From: an uncultured Deinococcales bacterium
GTDB taxonomy: Bacteria; Deinococcota; Deinococci; Deinococcales; JAAFIG01
Assembly: GCA_964244895.1 (NCBI GenBank)
Contig: CAXTKV010000128.1
Coordinates: 1 to 15,275, forward strand
Length of the DNA stretch: 15,275 nucleotides
Reading direction: 5' to 3'
The notes below the pieces were generated by a model, which did no database searches, was not told where the DNA came from, and saw only the letters and a program-made list of their open reading frames with translations. Both the position numbers and the translations under genes were made by a program. The stretch's first letter is position 1; every line of letters starts with the position of its first letter. Shown here one piece after another: positions 1 through 9,538 of the stretch.

Positions 1-2
1 TC

Positions 3-1516
<1,514 letters not shown>

Positions 1517-1519
1517 TCA

Positions 1520-1569
1520 AGAACACCGTCCTGGACGCGAATCTTAAATTGCGCTCAGGACGGTGTTCT
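1520..1569. repeat. 50-bp palindromic REP-like element, family A, copy 1
   Basis: AGAACACCGTCCTG (1520-1533) and CAGGACGGTGTTCT (1556-1569) form a perfect 14-bp inverted repeat around an AT-rich centre, 3 nt after the 1516 stop. Confidence 0.9.
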
Positions 1570-1589
1570 CGCGCCTCGAGCGTGAACGG

Positions 1590-1595
1590 TAGACT
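1590..1595 (+). promoter_or_regulatory. -10 box (TAGACT) of a probable leaderless transcript
   Basis: TANNNT 6 nt before GTG 1602, with no Shine-Dalgarno. This architecture is established in Deinococcota. Confidence 0.7.
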
Positions 1596-1601
1596 CAACA
1601 C

Positions 1602-2132
1602 GTGATCGTCTGCGGCAGCACCAACCCGGCCAAAGTCGAACCCGTCAGGAGCGTTTTCGCCAGCCTGGAACCCGCACTCGAGGTCGCGGGCGTCAACGTT
1701 CCTTCGGGCGTGCCGGATCAACCCATCGGTTGGGATGAAACCGCGCTGGGCGCGAGAACCCGCGCCAGAAACGCTCTGGCACAACCCGGTGCACGGTATG
1801 GCATCGGGCTCGAGGGCGGGGTGCTGGTGAACGCGGATGGCGCGTGGCTGGTCAGCATCGCCGCGATTGCGCGCAGCGACGGGCTCGAGGGGCTGGCCTG
1901 CGGCGGGATGCTGCTGCTGCCGCCGTCCGTCGCGGCTCGAGTCGAATCCGGCGAGGAACTGGGGCACGTGATTGACGCCCTGGCAGGGGAGACGGGCACG
2001 AAAACGCGGGGCGGCGCGATCGGTTTCCTGACCAACAATCGCTACTCCCGGCGCGAGATGTGGGCGGGTGCGCTCGAGATGGCGCTCGCACCGATTCTGA
2101 CGAGTGCCATCTACGCGCGTTCGAGATTCTGA
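1602..2132 (+). CDS. yjjX: Inosine/xanthosine triphosphatase (YjjX/DUF84 family)
   Basis: 176 aa. Motifs GSTNPAK, VPSGVPDQP, ETALGARTRA, GIGLEGG, ELGHVID and GGAIGFLT. Confidence 0.88.
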   Translation: MIVCGSTNPAKVEPVRSVFASLEPALEVAGVNVPSGVPDQPIGWDETALGARTRARNALAQPGARYGIGLEGGVLVNADGAWLVSIAAIARSDGLEGLACGGMLLLPPSVAARVESGEELGHVIDALAGETGTKTRGGAIGFLTNNRYSRREMWAGALEMALAPILTSAIYARSRF

Positions 2133-2165
2133 CGCTGGGGTCTCGAGTCGAGGCCACCGACGCGG

Positions 2166-2171
2166 TAAACT
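2166..2171 (+). promoter_or_regulatory. -10 box (TAAACT) of a probable leaderless lysZ transcript
   Basis: TANNNT 7 nt before ATG 2179, no SD. Confidence 0.7.
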
Positions 2172-2178
2172 CCGGCTC

Positions 2179-2982
2179 ATGATTGTCGTCAAGGTCGGCG
2201 GTTCAGAGGGTATCAATTACGACGCGGTCTGCGACGACATCGCGGACTTGTGGCAGGCGGGCCAGAAGCTCGTGCTGGTTCACGGTGGCAGCGCAGAAAC
2301 GAACCGAGTAGCGGAGTTGCTGGGCCACCCGCCCAGGTTCGTGACTTCCCCGTCCGGGTACACGTCGCGGTTCACGGATCGGGAGACGCTGGAAATCTTC
2401 GAGATGGTCTACTGCGGCAAGCAGAACAAGGGCATCGTGGAGCGTTTGCAGCGCCAGGGTGTCAACGCGGTGGGATTATCCGGTCTGGATGGTCGCATCT
2501 TCGAGGGCAAGCACAAGGATTCCGTGCGCATCCTCGAGGATGGCAAGACCAAAATCTTGCGCGGCGATCACACGGGAACCGTCGAGAAGGTCAACACCGC
2601 CTTGCTCGAGTTATTGCTTGAAAACGGCTATCTGCCCGTGCTGACGCCTCCCGGAGTGAGCTTCGAGGGCGTGGCCGTCAACGTGGACGGCGACCGGGCG
2701 GCGGCGGCGGTGGCGGTGGCGTTGCGCGCCGAAGCGTTGTTGCTCCTGTCAAACGTGCCCGGATTGCTTCGGGATTTCCCGGACGAGGCCAGCCTGATCC
2801 GGGAAATTCCGGCGCGGGACGTGGAATCGTTCATGGATTTTGCCAAGGATCGCATGAAGAAAAAAGTGTTGGGGGCAGCTGAAGCCGTACAGGGCGGCGT
2901 GCGGCGCGTGATCTTCGGGGATGCGCGCCTGGAAAAGCCAGTCAGTCGGGCGCTCGAGGGACGGGGAACGGTCGTGAGTTGA
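2179..2982 (+). CDS. lysZ: [LysW]-aminoadipate kinase (LysZ, ArgB family)
   Basis: The true start is ATG 2179 (MIVVKVGGSEG), giving 267 aa. Motifs LVHGGS, SPSGYTSRFTD, GLSGLDG, NVDGDRAAA, LSNVPGLL and RMKKKV. Confidence 0.92.
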   Translation: MIVVKVGGSEGINYDAVCDDIADLWQAGQKLVLVHGGSAETNRVAELLGHPPRFVTSPSGYTSRFTDRETLEIFEMVYCGKQNKGIVERLQRQGVNAVGLSGLDGRIFEGKHKDSVRILEDGKTKILRGDHTGTVEKVNTALLELLLENGYLPVLTPPGVSFEGVAVNVDGDRAAAAVAVALRAEALLLLSNVPGLLRDFPDEASLIREIPARDVESFMDFAKDRMKKKVLGAAEAVQGGVRRVIFGDARLEKPVSRALEGRGTVVS

Positions 2983-3308
2983 TGGTGGCTTGACTCGATC
3001 ATCTGAAAATTGGAGCGCGCTGATTGAGCGTATTGGCGAACGTTGCTCGCATAAAGCGTGAATCGCCATCCCGGACGATCAACAACGTGTTTCGGATGAC
3101 GTGCCCGTCGACGCTGATTCAATTTGTGAGATTCCATACGGTACGTCGTGATGAATCTGTACACGAGACCATTTCATCTTCGGTTATGCTTGCCCACAGA
3201 CCAGTAACCAAGGACGGTTCAACCCATGGAAATGAGCGTTCGAAAAGGGGATAGGGAGGGTTCTGAGCGTCATCTCGTGCGCTTCAGTCCGACCGGGGAG
3301 GAGCGCGC

Positions 3309-6300
3309 TTGATCGACATGTTTGACATGGCGCTCGAAGCGCTCGAGGGTGTTCTCAGCCAGAAAGCGGCGCGTTCGTGCCTCGAAGCTGGCCTGAGCGT
3401 GCAGGGAAAATCCATCGACACGGCCTCGCTCGAAGATTACCGGGCGGCGCTCAGATCGAACGTCTTCCGGCAGTTGCAGGTCGTCATGCCCGCCACGGCG
3501 GCGGCGCAGTTGATCCGCGAGGTGGAGTTTCAGCTCGAGCAACTCGATAACGAACGCAACGAAACCGATGCGCGCCGCGATGGCAAGGCGGTCGTGCCGC
3601 AAACGATGGTGGACGAGACCAAATCCACCGCAATCCGCGATCCCGACTTGCTGGCGATGGCGGGTTCAAACCTGTTGACGCTCAACTTGCGCTCGCTCGG
3701 CAGTTTGTCCGTGGAATTCGGTGACGTGCTGTTCGCGGAACGCGACCTGAAACTCGAGGTGCGCACCATGCGCCGCACGCTCGACGAGGGCCAGCACATC
3801 GAGCGCGACAAAATAGAGAATCTGCGCGACACGCTGCGTTTGCGCCGCAATATCTTGCTGGTGACGCAACGCGAGCAGCTCGGGACGCTCGACCACCAGA
3901 TCCGCGAACTCTCGCAACGCATCGTGGTGCCGCGCGAACTCGAGGCCCGTCTCGATTCGGCGCATCGTTTGCTGGCGTCCGGCACGTTGGCGACCTCCGA
4001 TTTGCGCCAGATGGAACGTCTGGTCGAGAACGTCGCGGGTGCGCCGCACGATCAGGTCGCCGTCGCATCGCACGGCTCTGGTGAAATTGCGCCTGAATTG
4101 ACGCTCTCGCCTGAACCCGCCGCGTTGGAACCGATCATCTCGGAACCCGCCTCGATGCTCGCTGCCGAGGTGACGTCGGTGTTCGCGTCAGAAGCCCAAA
4201 TAGAGCCCGAAGCCGAATCGGAACCCGTGCTGGTGATCGAATCCCAGACGGTAACGATCATCTCTGACGCGCCAGAACTCGATCAGATCGAGCCGCAGAT
4301 TGCACCTGAAATCCTGCCCGAACGCGCCATCGATACGGGGCTCGAGTTCGATCCGGTCTGGGCTTCGAGCGATCCCGCGAGTTCCATCGCGGTTCCAGCC
4401 GTCGAGACGGGACTCGGTGCGTTCGATTCCGTCGAGCGTTTCGAGCCCGAACCCGTCAAGTTTGACGCGCCCCGCTCGGTCTTCGGATCGTGGGACGCTT
4501 CGGTCATCGACACGCCTACAGAAGCCCTGCCAGCGGAAGCAACCTCAGGGCTCATCCATCAGGAACTCCAGGTTCAGGATTCGACATCTCAGGTTCTCGG
4601 CACAGACCATTTCGAGCCGGTCGTGTCAATCACGGAACTGAGCGACTTCGCGCCCGCTACCGCGCCGGAAGCTGATCCGGTCATGGCTTCCGTCCTGCGA
4701 TCCTTCGATCACGCGCCACAAACCGAGACGCCCCAGTCGATCCTCGAAACCACCGAGTCCGCCGCGACCGAACCGGAAGCTGAATTCGGCGTGGATTTCG
4801 ATCAGGAACCCGAGCCCTCGGAATTTGCCGAATCGGTCAGCCCCAGGACGGATGCGGAAGTGTTCGCATCGCAAGCGCACGAAGAAGCAGAAATCGTCCA
4901 ACACGCGGAAACGCGGGTTGCGAATCTCGAGCCTGAGTACGAGCTTGAAGTCGCGCCAGCGCCCGAAACCGAAGTTGCGCATGAACGCGCAATCAAAGCT
5001 GAAATGGCGCAGCCGATGGCGCACGCGCTCGAGTCTGAGCCCGAATTATCGGCGCACGAAGCTGATCAGCCGATCACCGTGGAACCCGAAGCAGCGCTGC
5101 AACCCGAGGCGTCCGAACGCGACGAACCAGCTGAAGCCGCGACCGAGATCGGAGCTGCGCACGGACATCCGCACGAAACCGCGCCGGAACTCGAACCCCA
5201 GATCGCGGAGGTTCACCACGAACCCGCGCTGGAACCAGTACTGGAACCGATGGATACGGTCACAGGTGCGAGCGCAGAAGAAGAATCCGAACACGCCGAG
5301 GCTGTTCCGACCCAGGTGAACGAAGAGCATCCTGAAGTCGATACGGTCGTGGAAGCCGAGATTGAACCAGCTGCACTTGAGCTCGAGCCCGCGATGTCTG
5401 AAACTGCGCCGTCCGAATCCGCACTGTCCGAGCCCGCAATATCCGAAGTAGTGCTGTCCGAAGTAGCGCTGTCCGAACCCACAATGCCTGAAGCTCCGGC
5501 GTCCGAACCCGAAGTCGTCCTCGAGCCGGAAGCCATCGAAGCGACCACCGAAGCTGAACCCTCGCTCGAGCCCGAGATGCTCACGCCTGAACCAGCGATG
5601 GCCGAGGCCAACGAAGCTGAGCCGGAAGCGGTATTGACGCCCGCCGAGGATCACCCGGAATCTGCCGCGACAGCCATCGAAGAACCCGAGTCAGAAACCG
5701 CCTTGACGCACGTGGAACCCGCACCGATCATCGAGCCGGATCGCGGCGCGTGGTACGCGCCGAGCAGCGCCTTCGCGCAACCCGTCAACCCGACCACCGC
5801 GCATCACGAACCGCCCACCGCACCGTCCTACATCACCGCGAACTCAGGCTTTGCCCTGAGGGAGGAGACCCAAGTGGAAAACGAGATTGTTGAACACACC
5901 GACGCCCCAATTCCGACGCCGCAACCCGCCACCAACGGCGAGGAGGGCATCGTCTGGTTGGCATCCGCTCGCCGCGACGCCTCGAGCCGCAACGCTGACC
6001 GGTTGCGCAAGGACCCGATGGCCCTCAAGCCCGGTCGCCTCGAATCCGAGCACGGTCTGGCCGAAGCCGAAGCGCACGTTCTGGAAGCCAAACTGCACGC
6101 CGCCTGCGACGGTGCGGGACTCCAGCACCGCCGCCTGGAAGCCGAGTTCGCGCTGAAGGTCGCTCAGGCCGCCGTGGAACTCGCCAGCAAACGTGTCGAA
6201 GCCGTCAGCCTGCGCGAGCGCTACGGCGCGGCCAGCAAAGCGGAACTCGAGCACGCGCAACTCGAACTCGAGCGCGCACAGGAAGAACTGGCGTTGGCCA

Positions 6301-6821
6301 AACTCTCAGAAGGCGTGGTGCAGAACGTGCCCGTCAACGGTGAGCCGAACGTCAACCGCGTCGAAGTGGACGCCGAACGCCTCAAGGTCGCGCTGCAGTC
6401 CACCCCGCAAATGCTCTCCGCGCGCCACACGCTGGAACGCGCCGAACTCGAGCTGGCCATCCGCGACAACCCGGCCTACCCGGCTTCTGAAATCGCCTCG
6501 GTGCGCAACGTGGTGAACCAGGCGCGCGAGCACTTCTCGACCCTGGAGGCGACCCTGCACGCCGAACTCGAGGCCGCGATGGCTTCCATGCGCTACTACG
6601 GTGCGCGCATGGGCGAGAAGGATTCCGCCTGGAAGACCGCCGAGAGCGAACTCCACCACGCCGAGGAAGGCGTCCGTCAGGGCTTCGTGGCTTCATTGAC
6701 GCGCGACGAAGCGCAACTCAAGGCGCTCCGTGCGGACATGGAGAAGCGCAAGGCGTCCCACAAGTACCTCGAGGCCGTGCATCGCCTCCAGTGCCTGACC
6801 CATCAGTACATGCTGGGCTGA
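3309..6821 (+). CDS. Large multidomain protein: N-terminal helical region, ~620-aa acidic E/P/A linker, C-terminal TolC/outer-membrane-efflux-like helical domain
   Basis: 1170-aa ORF with SD GGAGGAG (3297-3303) 5 nt before TTG. The last ~280 aa have two OEP-like repeats (ERYGAASKAELEHAQLELERAQ; VRQGFVASLTRDEAQLKALRA...YLEAVHRL) and a RDNPAYP turn like Deinococcota TolC proteins. No signal peptide. A terminator follows. Confidence 0.8.
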   Translation: MIDMFDMALEALEGVLSQKAARSCLEAGLSVQGKSIDTASLEDYRAALRSNVFRQLQVVMPATAAAQLIREVEFQLEQLDNERNETDARRDGKAVVPQTMVDETKSTAIRDPDLLAMAGSNLLTLNLRSLGSLSVEFGDVLFAERDLKLEVRTMRRTLDEGQHIERDKIENLRDTLRLRRNILLVTQREQLGTLDHQIRELSQRIVVPRELEARLDSAHRLLASGTLATSDLRQMERLVENVAGAPHDQVAVASHGSGEIAPELTLSPEPAALEPIISEPASMLAAEVTSVFASEAQIEPEAESEPVLVIESQTVTIISDAPELDQIEPQIAPEILPERAIDTGLEFDPVWASSDPASSIAVPAVETGLGAFDSVERFEPEPVKFDAPRSVFGSWDASVIDTPTEALPAEATSGLIHQELQVQDSTSQVLGTDHFEPVVSITELSDFAPATAPEADPVMASVLRSFDHAPQTETPQSILETTESAATEPEAEFGVDFDQEPEPSEFAESVSPRTDAEVFASQAHEEAEIVQHAETRVANLEPEYELEVAPAPETEVAHERAIKAEMAQPMAHALESEPELSAHEADQPITVEPEAALQPEASERDEPAEAATEIGAAHGHPHETAPELEPQIAEVHHEPALEPVLEPMDTVTGASAEEESEHAEAVPTQVNEEHPEVDTVVEAEIEPAALELEPAMSETAPSESALSEPAISEVVLSEVALSEPTMPEAPASEPEVVLEPEAIEATTEAEPSLEPEMLTPEPAMAEANEAEPEAVLTPAEDHPESAATAIEEPESETALTHVEPAPIIEPDRGAWYAPSSAFAQPVNPTTAHHEPPTAPSYITANSGFALREETQVENEIVEHTDAPIPTPQPATNGEEGIVWLASARRDASSRNADRLRKDPMALKPGRLESEHGLAEAEAHVLEAKLHAACDGAGLQHRRLEAEFALKVAQAAVELASKRVEAVSLRERYGAASKAELEHAQLELERAQEELALAKLSEGVVQNVPVNGEPNVNRVEVDAERLKVALQSTPQMLSARHTLERAELELAIRDNPAYPASEIASVRNVVNQAREHFSTLEATLHAELEAAMASMRYYGARMGEKDSAWKTAESELHHAEEGVRQGFVASLTRDEAQLKALRADMEKRKASHKYLEAVHRLQCLTHQYMLG
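5391..5510 (+). repeat. Eight imperfect in-frame 15-bp tandem repeats encoding xxSEx pentapeptides
   Basis: gcgatgtctgaaact / gcgccgtccgaatcc / gcactgtccgagccc / gcaatatccgaagta / gtgctgtccgaagta / gcgctgtccgaaccc / acaatgcctgaagct / ccggcgtccgaaccc. Confidence 0.8.
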
Positions 6822-6835
6822 AGATTCGTGCATCC

Positions 6836-6871
6836 AAAGGGCTCGAGTCAGTATCTCGAGCCCTTTTTCTT
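6836..6871 (+). terminator. Rho-independent terminator
   Basis: AAAGGGCTCGAG-tcagtat-CTCGAGCCCTTT followed by TTCTT, 14 nt after the stop at 6821. Confidence 0.88.
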
Positions 6872-7025
6872 GTGTCAGGTCATCTGGCCTGATATCAAAT
6901 CCGATTTGATTTGAAGAGGTATTTTGATCGAATCAAAACCGCGTTCTGGCGTCGGATACGAATTTCAGATGAAATTCCAGGCTCTGACGAGGCTTTTGCG
7001 CGGGAGCTTCTCGCCGTATGCTCGA

Positions 7026-7077
7026 GAAACACCGTCCAGCACGCATATTCTAAACTGCGTGCTGGACGGTGCGCTCG
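7026..7077. repeat. Family A palindromic element, copy 2
   Basis: CACCGTCCAGCACGCA (7030-7045) and TGCGTGCTGGACGGTG (7056-7071) form a perfect 16-bp stem with a 10-nt AT-rich loop. Confidence 0.9.
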
Positions 7078-7131
7078 TGTTCGCCAACTCGTCAGATCGG
7101 GTCATGGAAGTGGCGTATCGCGCGGGCGATC

Positions 7132-7165
7132 AACGCAAACTCGAGCCTGAAAGTCCGGGCTCGAG
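7132..7165 (-). terminator. Probable terminator of the Roadblock/DUF3467 cluster
   Basis: Minus strand reads CTCGAGCC-cggactttca-GGCTCGAG-TTTGCGTT, 22 nt after the DUF3467 stop. The U-tract is short. Confidence 0.5.
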
Positions 7166-7187
7166 CACTCGGTTCAACTCGGTTCTC

Positions 7188-7499
7188 TCAGTTCGTCTGG
7201 GTGCTGGAACTGATCTGCATCACGGCTTCTTCGATCGTGCCGAAGTTCGCCTCGTAGCGCCGCAGGTTCTCCTCGAGCGCGCGCAGGAAGGCTTTGGCGT
7301 GGCGCGGGTTGGTGACGATCCGGCTGACGACCAGCGCGCTGGGTTGACCGGGATAGGCCGCCGCGAAATCGAACACGAATTCGTTCGGGCTGTGCGAGAT
7401 CACCGCAAAATTCGCGTATTTGCCCTGCGCGGTCTCTGGGGAAAGCTCGAGCCGAACCTCGTTGGTCGTCGGAGCCTCGGCTGCATTCTCGGGAGGCAT
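7188..7499 (-). CDS. DUF3467 domain protein
   Basis: 103 aa. GKYANFAVISHSPNEFVFDFA, VVSRIVTNPRHAKAFLRALEENLRRYEANFGTI is the characteristic DUF3467 pattern. The start overlaps the upstream stop (TGATG). Confidence 0.88.
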   Translation of the reverse strand: MPPENAAEAPTTNEVRLELSPETAQGKYANFAVISHSPNEFVFDFAAAYPGQPSALVVSRIVTNPRHAKAFLRALEENLRRYEANFGTIEEAVMQISSSTQTN

Positions 7500-7864
7500 C
7501 AGGCTTTCGCGGCTTCCGCGACTTGCGGCAGGTACTTCTTGAGCTGGAAGCGCACGCGGCCCAGGTTCTGGCTGGAATCGAGCGTCGCCAGGATGCTGCC
7601 CTCGCCTGGCCCGAGCGGGGCGAGCAGCACGGGACCTTCCTCGAATTCAATCATGACCTGGCTGACATCACCCTTGCCGAAGAATTCGGCCAGCGATTGA
7701 CCGGCGACCAGGCTCGAGGCGGCCACGCCACCCAGAAAATCCAGGTCGATTTCCGTGTCCGGCCCGGTGGCCGATTCGATCACGAAGCCGTCGTCGCCGA
7801 CGAGCGCGACGGAAGTGAGTCCTTTGATCTGAACAATTTCCGTGAGAATCGCGCGCAAGTCCAT
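7499..7864 (-). CDS. Roadblock/LC7 (MglB-like) domain protein
   Basis: 121 aa. GLTSVALVGDDGFVIES, QVMIEFEEGPVLL and NLGRVRFQLK. SD GAGG at 7871-7874. Confidence 0.88.
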   Translation of the reverse strand: MDLRAILTEIVQIKGLTSVALVGDDGFVIESATGPDTEIDLDFLGGVAASSLVAGQSLAEFFGKGDVSQVMIEFEEGPVLLAPLGPGEGSILATLDSSQNLGRVRFQLKKYLPQVAEAAKA

Positions 7865-7983
7865 GTCGTACCTCGTTCGGTTGAAGTGTCAGGTTCGAGT
7901 GCTGAAATCAGATGTGGGGATCGAAGCTGATGCTCGAGAAATGACGCGTTATCGGGATGAAATCGCGTATTGAACGCGATTGA

Positions 7984-8331
7984 TCAAGCCAATTCTTGCA
8001 CGAGCTGCAAAGCCAACCGGGCCATTTCGACCTGGATGGCGCGCAGGTCAGCGCCGCGTTGAGCCACGACCGTCAGGGAATAATTCGTGCCCGCCCGGAT
8101 CGTGATCAGCTCGAACTGGTCGGTGGTCACGCTGAAGCGGAACAGGCGTTGCGCGCCCAGACTCAGGCTGGAATTGGTGGCAACCCGCACGATGGACGCG
8201 GTTTCGGCGGCCAGCATCTGGATTTGTTCGGGTTCGCCGATCGATTCGATCTCGAGCCCATCGTCGGACACGAGCACCGCCGAGAGCAGGTGCGCCGTGC
8301 CGTCGAGCGCGTTGAGCCATCGGAGCGCCAT
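7984..8331 (-). CDS. Roadblock/LC7 (MglB-like) domain protein
   Basis: 115 aa. SAVLVSDDGLEIES, MLAAETASI and ADLRAIQVEM. SD GGAGG 8 nt before ATG. Confidence 0.82.
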   Translation of the reverse strand: MALRWLNALDGTAHLLSAVLVSDDGLEIESIGEPEQIQMLAAETASIVRVATNSSLSLGAQRLFRFSVTTDQFELITIRAGTNYSLTVVAQRGADLRAIQVEMARLALQLVQELA

Positions 8332-8403
8332 CTCAGCGACCTCCGGTCGGACGAGAACCTGCGGTGAGCTGGGTCAACGGGTGCTCCTTGAGGGCTGGCG
8401 CGC

Positions 8404-8766
8404 TCATCCGACGATCTCGCGGAGTTGTCTGACCGCCTGGTCGCCCAACAGACGAGCCTTGCCGATGTTGCCTTTCGGGTCGAGCATCAGCGTCAAGAAG
8501 AATTCGTCGTTGACCTGCCGGGTGTAACCGAGCATCTGTTCGGCGCTGACCAGCACCTCGCGCACCTGTCCCGCGTTCAGGCTGGACGAGTACGCGGTCT
8601 TGGCGTTCCTGAGGATGTTCGAGTGTTCCGCGATGACCGTCGAGAGGTTCAAGCGGGCTTCGACGGCGTGCTGTTCGACCAACAGGCCGTCCATACCGCC
8701 CAGAGCGGCACCGATTGCGCCGTCAACGCCTGTGACCAGATTGGAAAGGATTTCTTCGAGTTCCAC
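8404..8766 (-). CDS. Roadblock/LC7 (MglB-like) domain protein
   Basis: Likely start GTG 8766 (MELEEILSNLVTGVDGAIGAALGGMDGLLVEQ...GNIGKARL), 120 aa. The ORF-track extension to 9075 overlaps the GNAT gene and does not look protein-like. Confidence 0.85.
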   Translation of the reverse strand: MELEEILSNLVTGVDGAIGAALGGMDGLLVEQHAVEARLNLSTVIAEHSNILRNAKTAYSSSLNAGQVREVLVSAEQMLGYTRQVNDEFFLTLMLDPKGNIGKARLLGDQAVRQLREIVG

Positions 8767-8774
8767 GCGAGTCA

Positions 8775-8798
8775 AGTGTACCCGAGACGCGTCTCGGG
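8775..8798 (-). promoter_or_regulatory. -10 box TACACT with an abutting perfect 18-bp palindrome (candidate operator)
   Basis: Minus strand reads CCCGAGACGCGTCTCGGG (8781-8798), TACACT (8780-8775), 8 nt, then GTG 8766. Confidence 0.55.
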
Positions 8799-8899
8799 AG
8801 TCGGTCAAACCCAGCTTTTGCGCGACGGTCTCGCTCGAGAACCTCGAGGCTGAGGCGCTTGGCGGTGGGGATGCCCCGTGGAATTTGCGCGGATGCTCC

Positions 8900-9337
8900 T
8901 CAGAACTGGTGTCTGAACAGCGCCACGATCGGTTCAAAACCCAATTTTTTCGCCAGTGCGATGGACGCGGCGTTGTTCGGATGCGTCTTGATGGCCACGC
9001 TGCGCGCACCGCGTTTTCTGGCCTCGCCCATGCCTGTTTCCAGCAGGTGCGTGGCGATGCCCTGCCCACGGGCATCTTCGGTCACGAAATAAGCGACGTG
9101 CAGTTCGTCAGGATTGGTGTCCGGCAACCACCAAGCCGCGCCGACGTTGCGCCCATCCAGCGCGGCGACGTGCGAGAAGCCCTCGTTCGAGATGACCTCG
9201 ACGACGTTTTCGACGGCGCGCTCCAGGGTTGCGCCGCCGCGCGCGATCAGGCGCGGGTACTCGTGGTAGGCGGCCTCAATACTGCCTTTGAGGAAGTCTT
9301 CGTCGGCGCTGGTCGAAAGGCGAATGTCAAGCATCAA
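8900..9337 (-). CDS. GNAT family N-acetyltransferase
   Basis: ~145 aa (start TTG 9337 or ATG 9334). Acetyl-CoA motif FVTEDARGQGIATHLL and NAASIALAKKLGF. Confidence 0.85.
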   Translation of the reverse strand: MMLDIRLSTSADEDFLKGSIEAAYHEYPRLIARGGATLERAVENVVEVISNEGFSHVAALDGRNVGAAWWLPDTNPDELHVAYFVTEDARGQGIATHLLETGMGEARKRGARSVAIKTHPNNAASIALAKKLGFEPIVALFRHQF

Positions 9338-9342
9338 GGTTC

Positions 9343-9371
9343 ATTTTACAGATCAACGCCTGTGAAGTCAC
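9343..9371 (-). promoter_or_regulatory. Sigma70-type promoter for the GNAT gene
   Basis: Minus strand GTGACT (9371-9366), 17 nt, TAAAAT (9348-9343), 5-8 nt before the start codon. Confidence 0.6.
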
Positions 9372-9538
9372 GCTTTTTGGCTCAGGTTTTTTGGGGTTCC
9401 GCTCATGAAGTTCCGTTCAGGTCGTGCTGCACGCATCTACGGCTCGCGTGCGAACCCGAGCTGAATTGCCGGGCCGATGGGCGAGCGCACCGCCTTCGCG
9501 ATGCCAAAGCCCGGCGTCTCGAGTTCACCCACGAGGCG

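Noticed and set aside
3064..3101. Possible seventh family A copy (cgccatcccggacg...cgtgtttcggatgacg)
   Set aside because: Core is about 4 nt shorter with many mismatches. Cannot be told from chance without a profile search.
3121..3142. CRP-like site TGTGA-N6-ATACG
   Set aside because: The second half-site matches poorly.
3024..3254. 76-aa ORF upstream of the large gene
   Set aside because: TTG start without SD or -10 box and atypical codon usage. More likely promoter or leader DNA (possible -10 TATGCT at 3185-3190).
5940..5960. Internal SD (GAGGAGG) and TTG that could start a separate TolC protein
   Set aside because: The spacing is ~11 nt, the motif is explained by Glu-Glu-Gly codons, and no signal peptide follows.
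6911..7700. ORFs 6911-7150 and 6924-7700 (+)
   Set aside because: They read through a palindromic repeat, and the longer one is antisense to DUF3467/Roadblock. No recognisable protein features.
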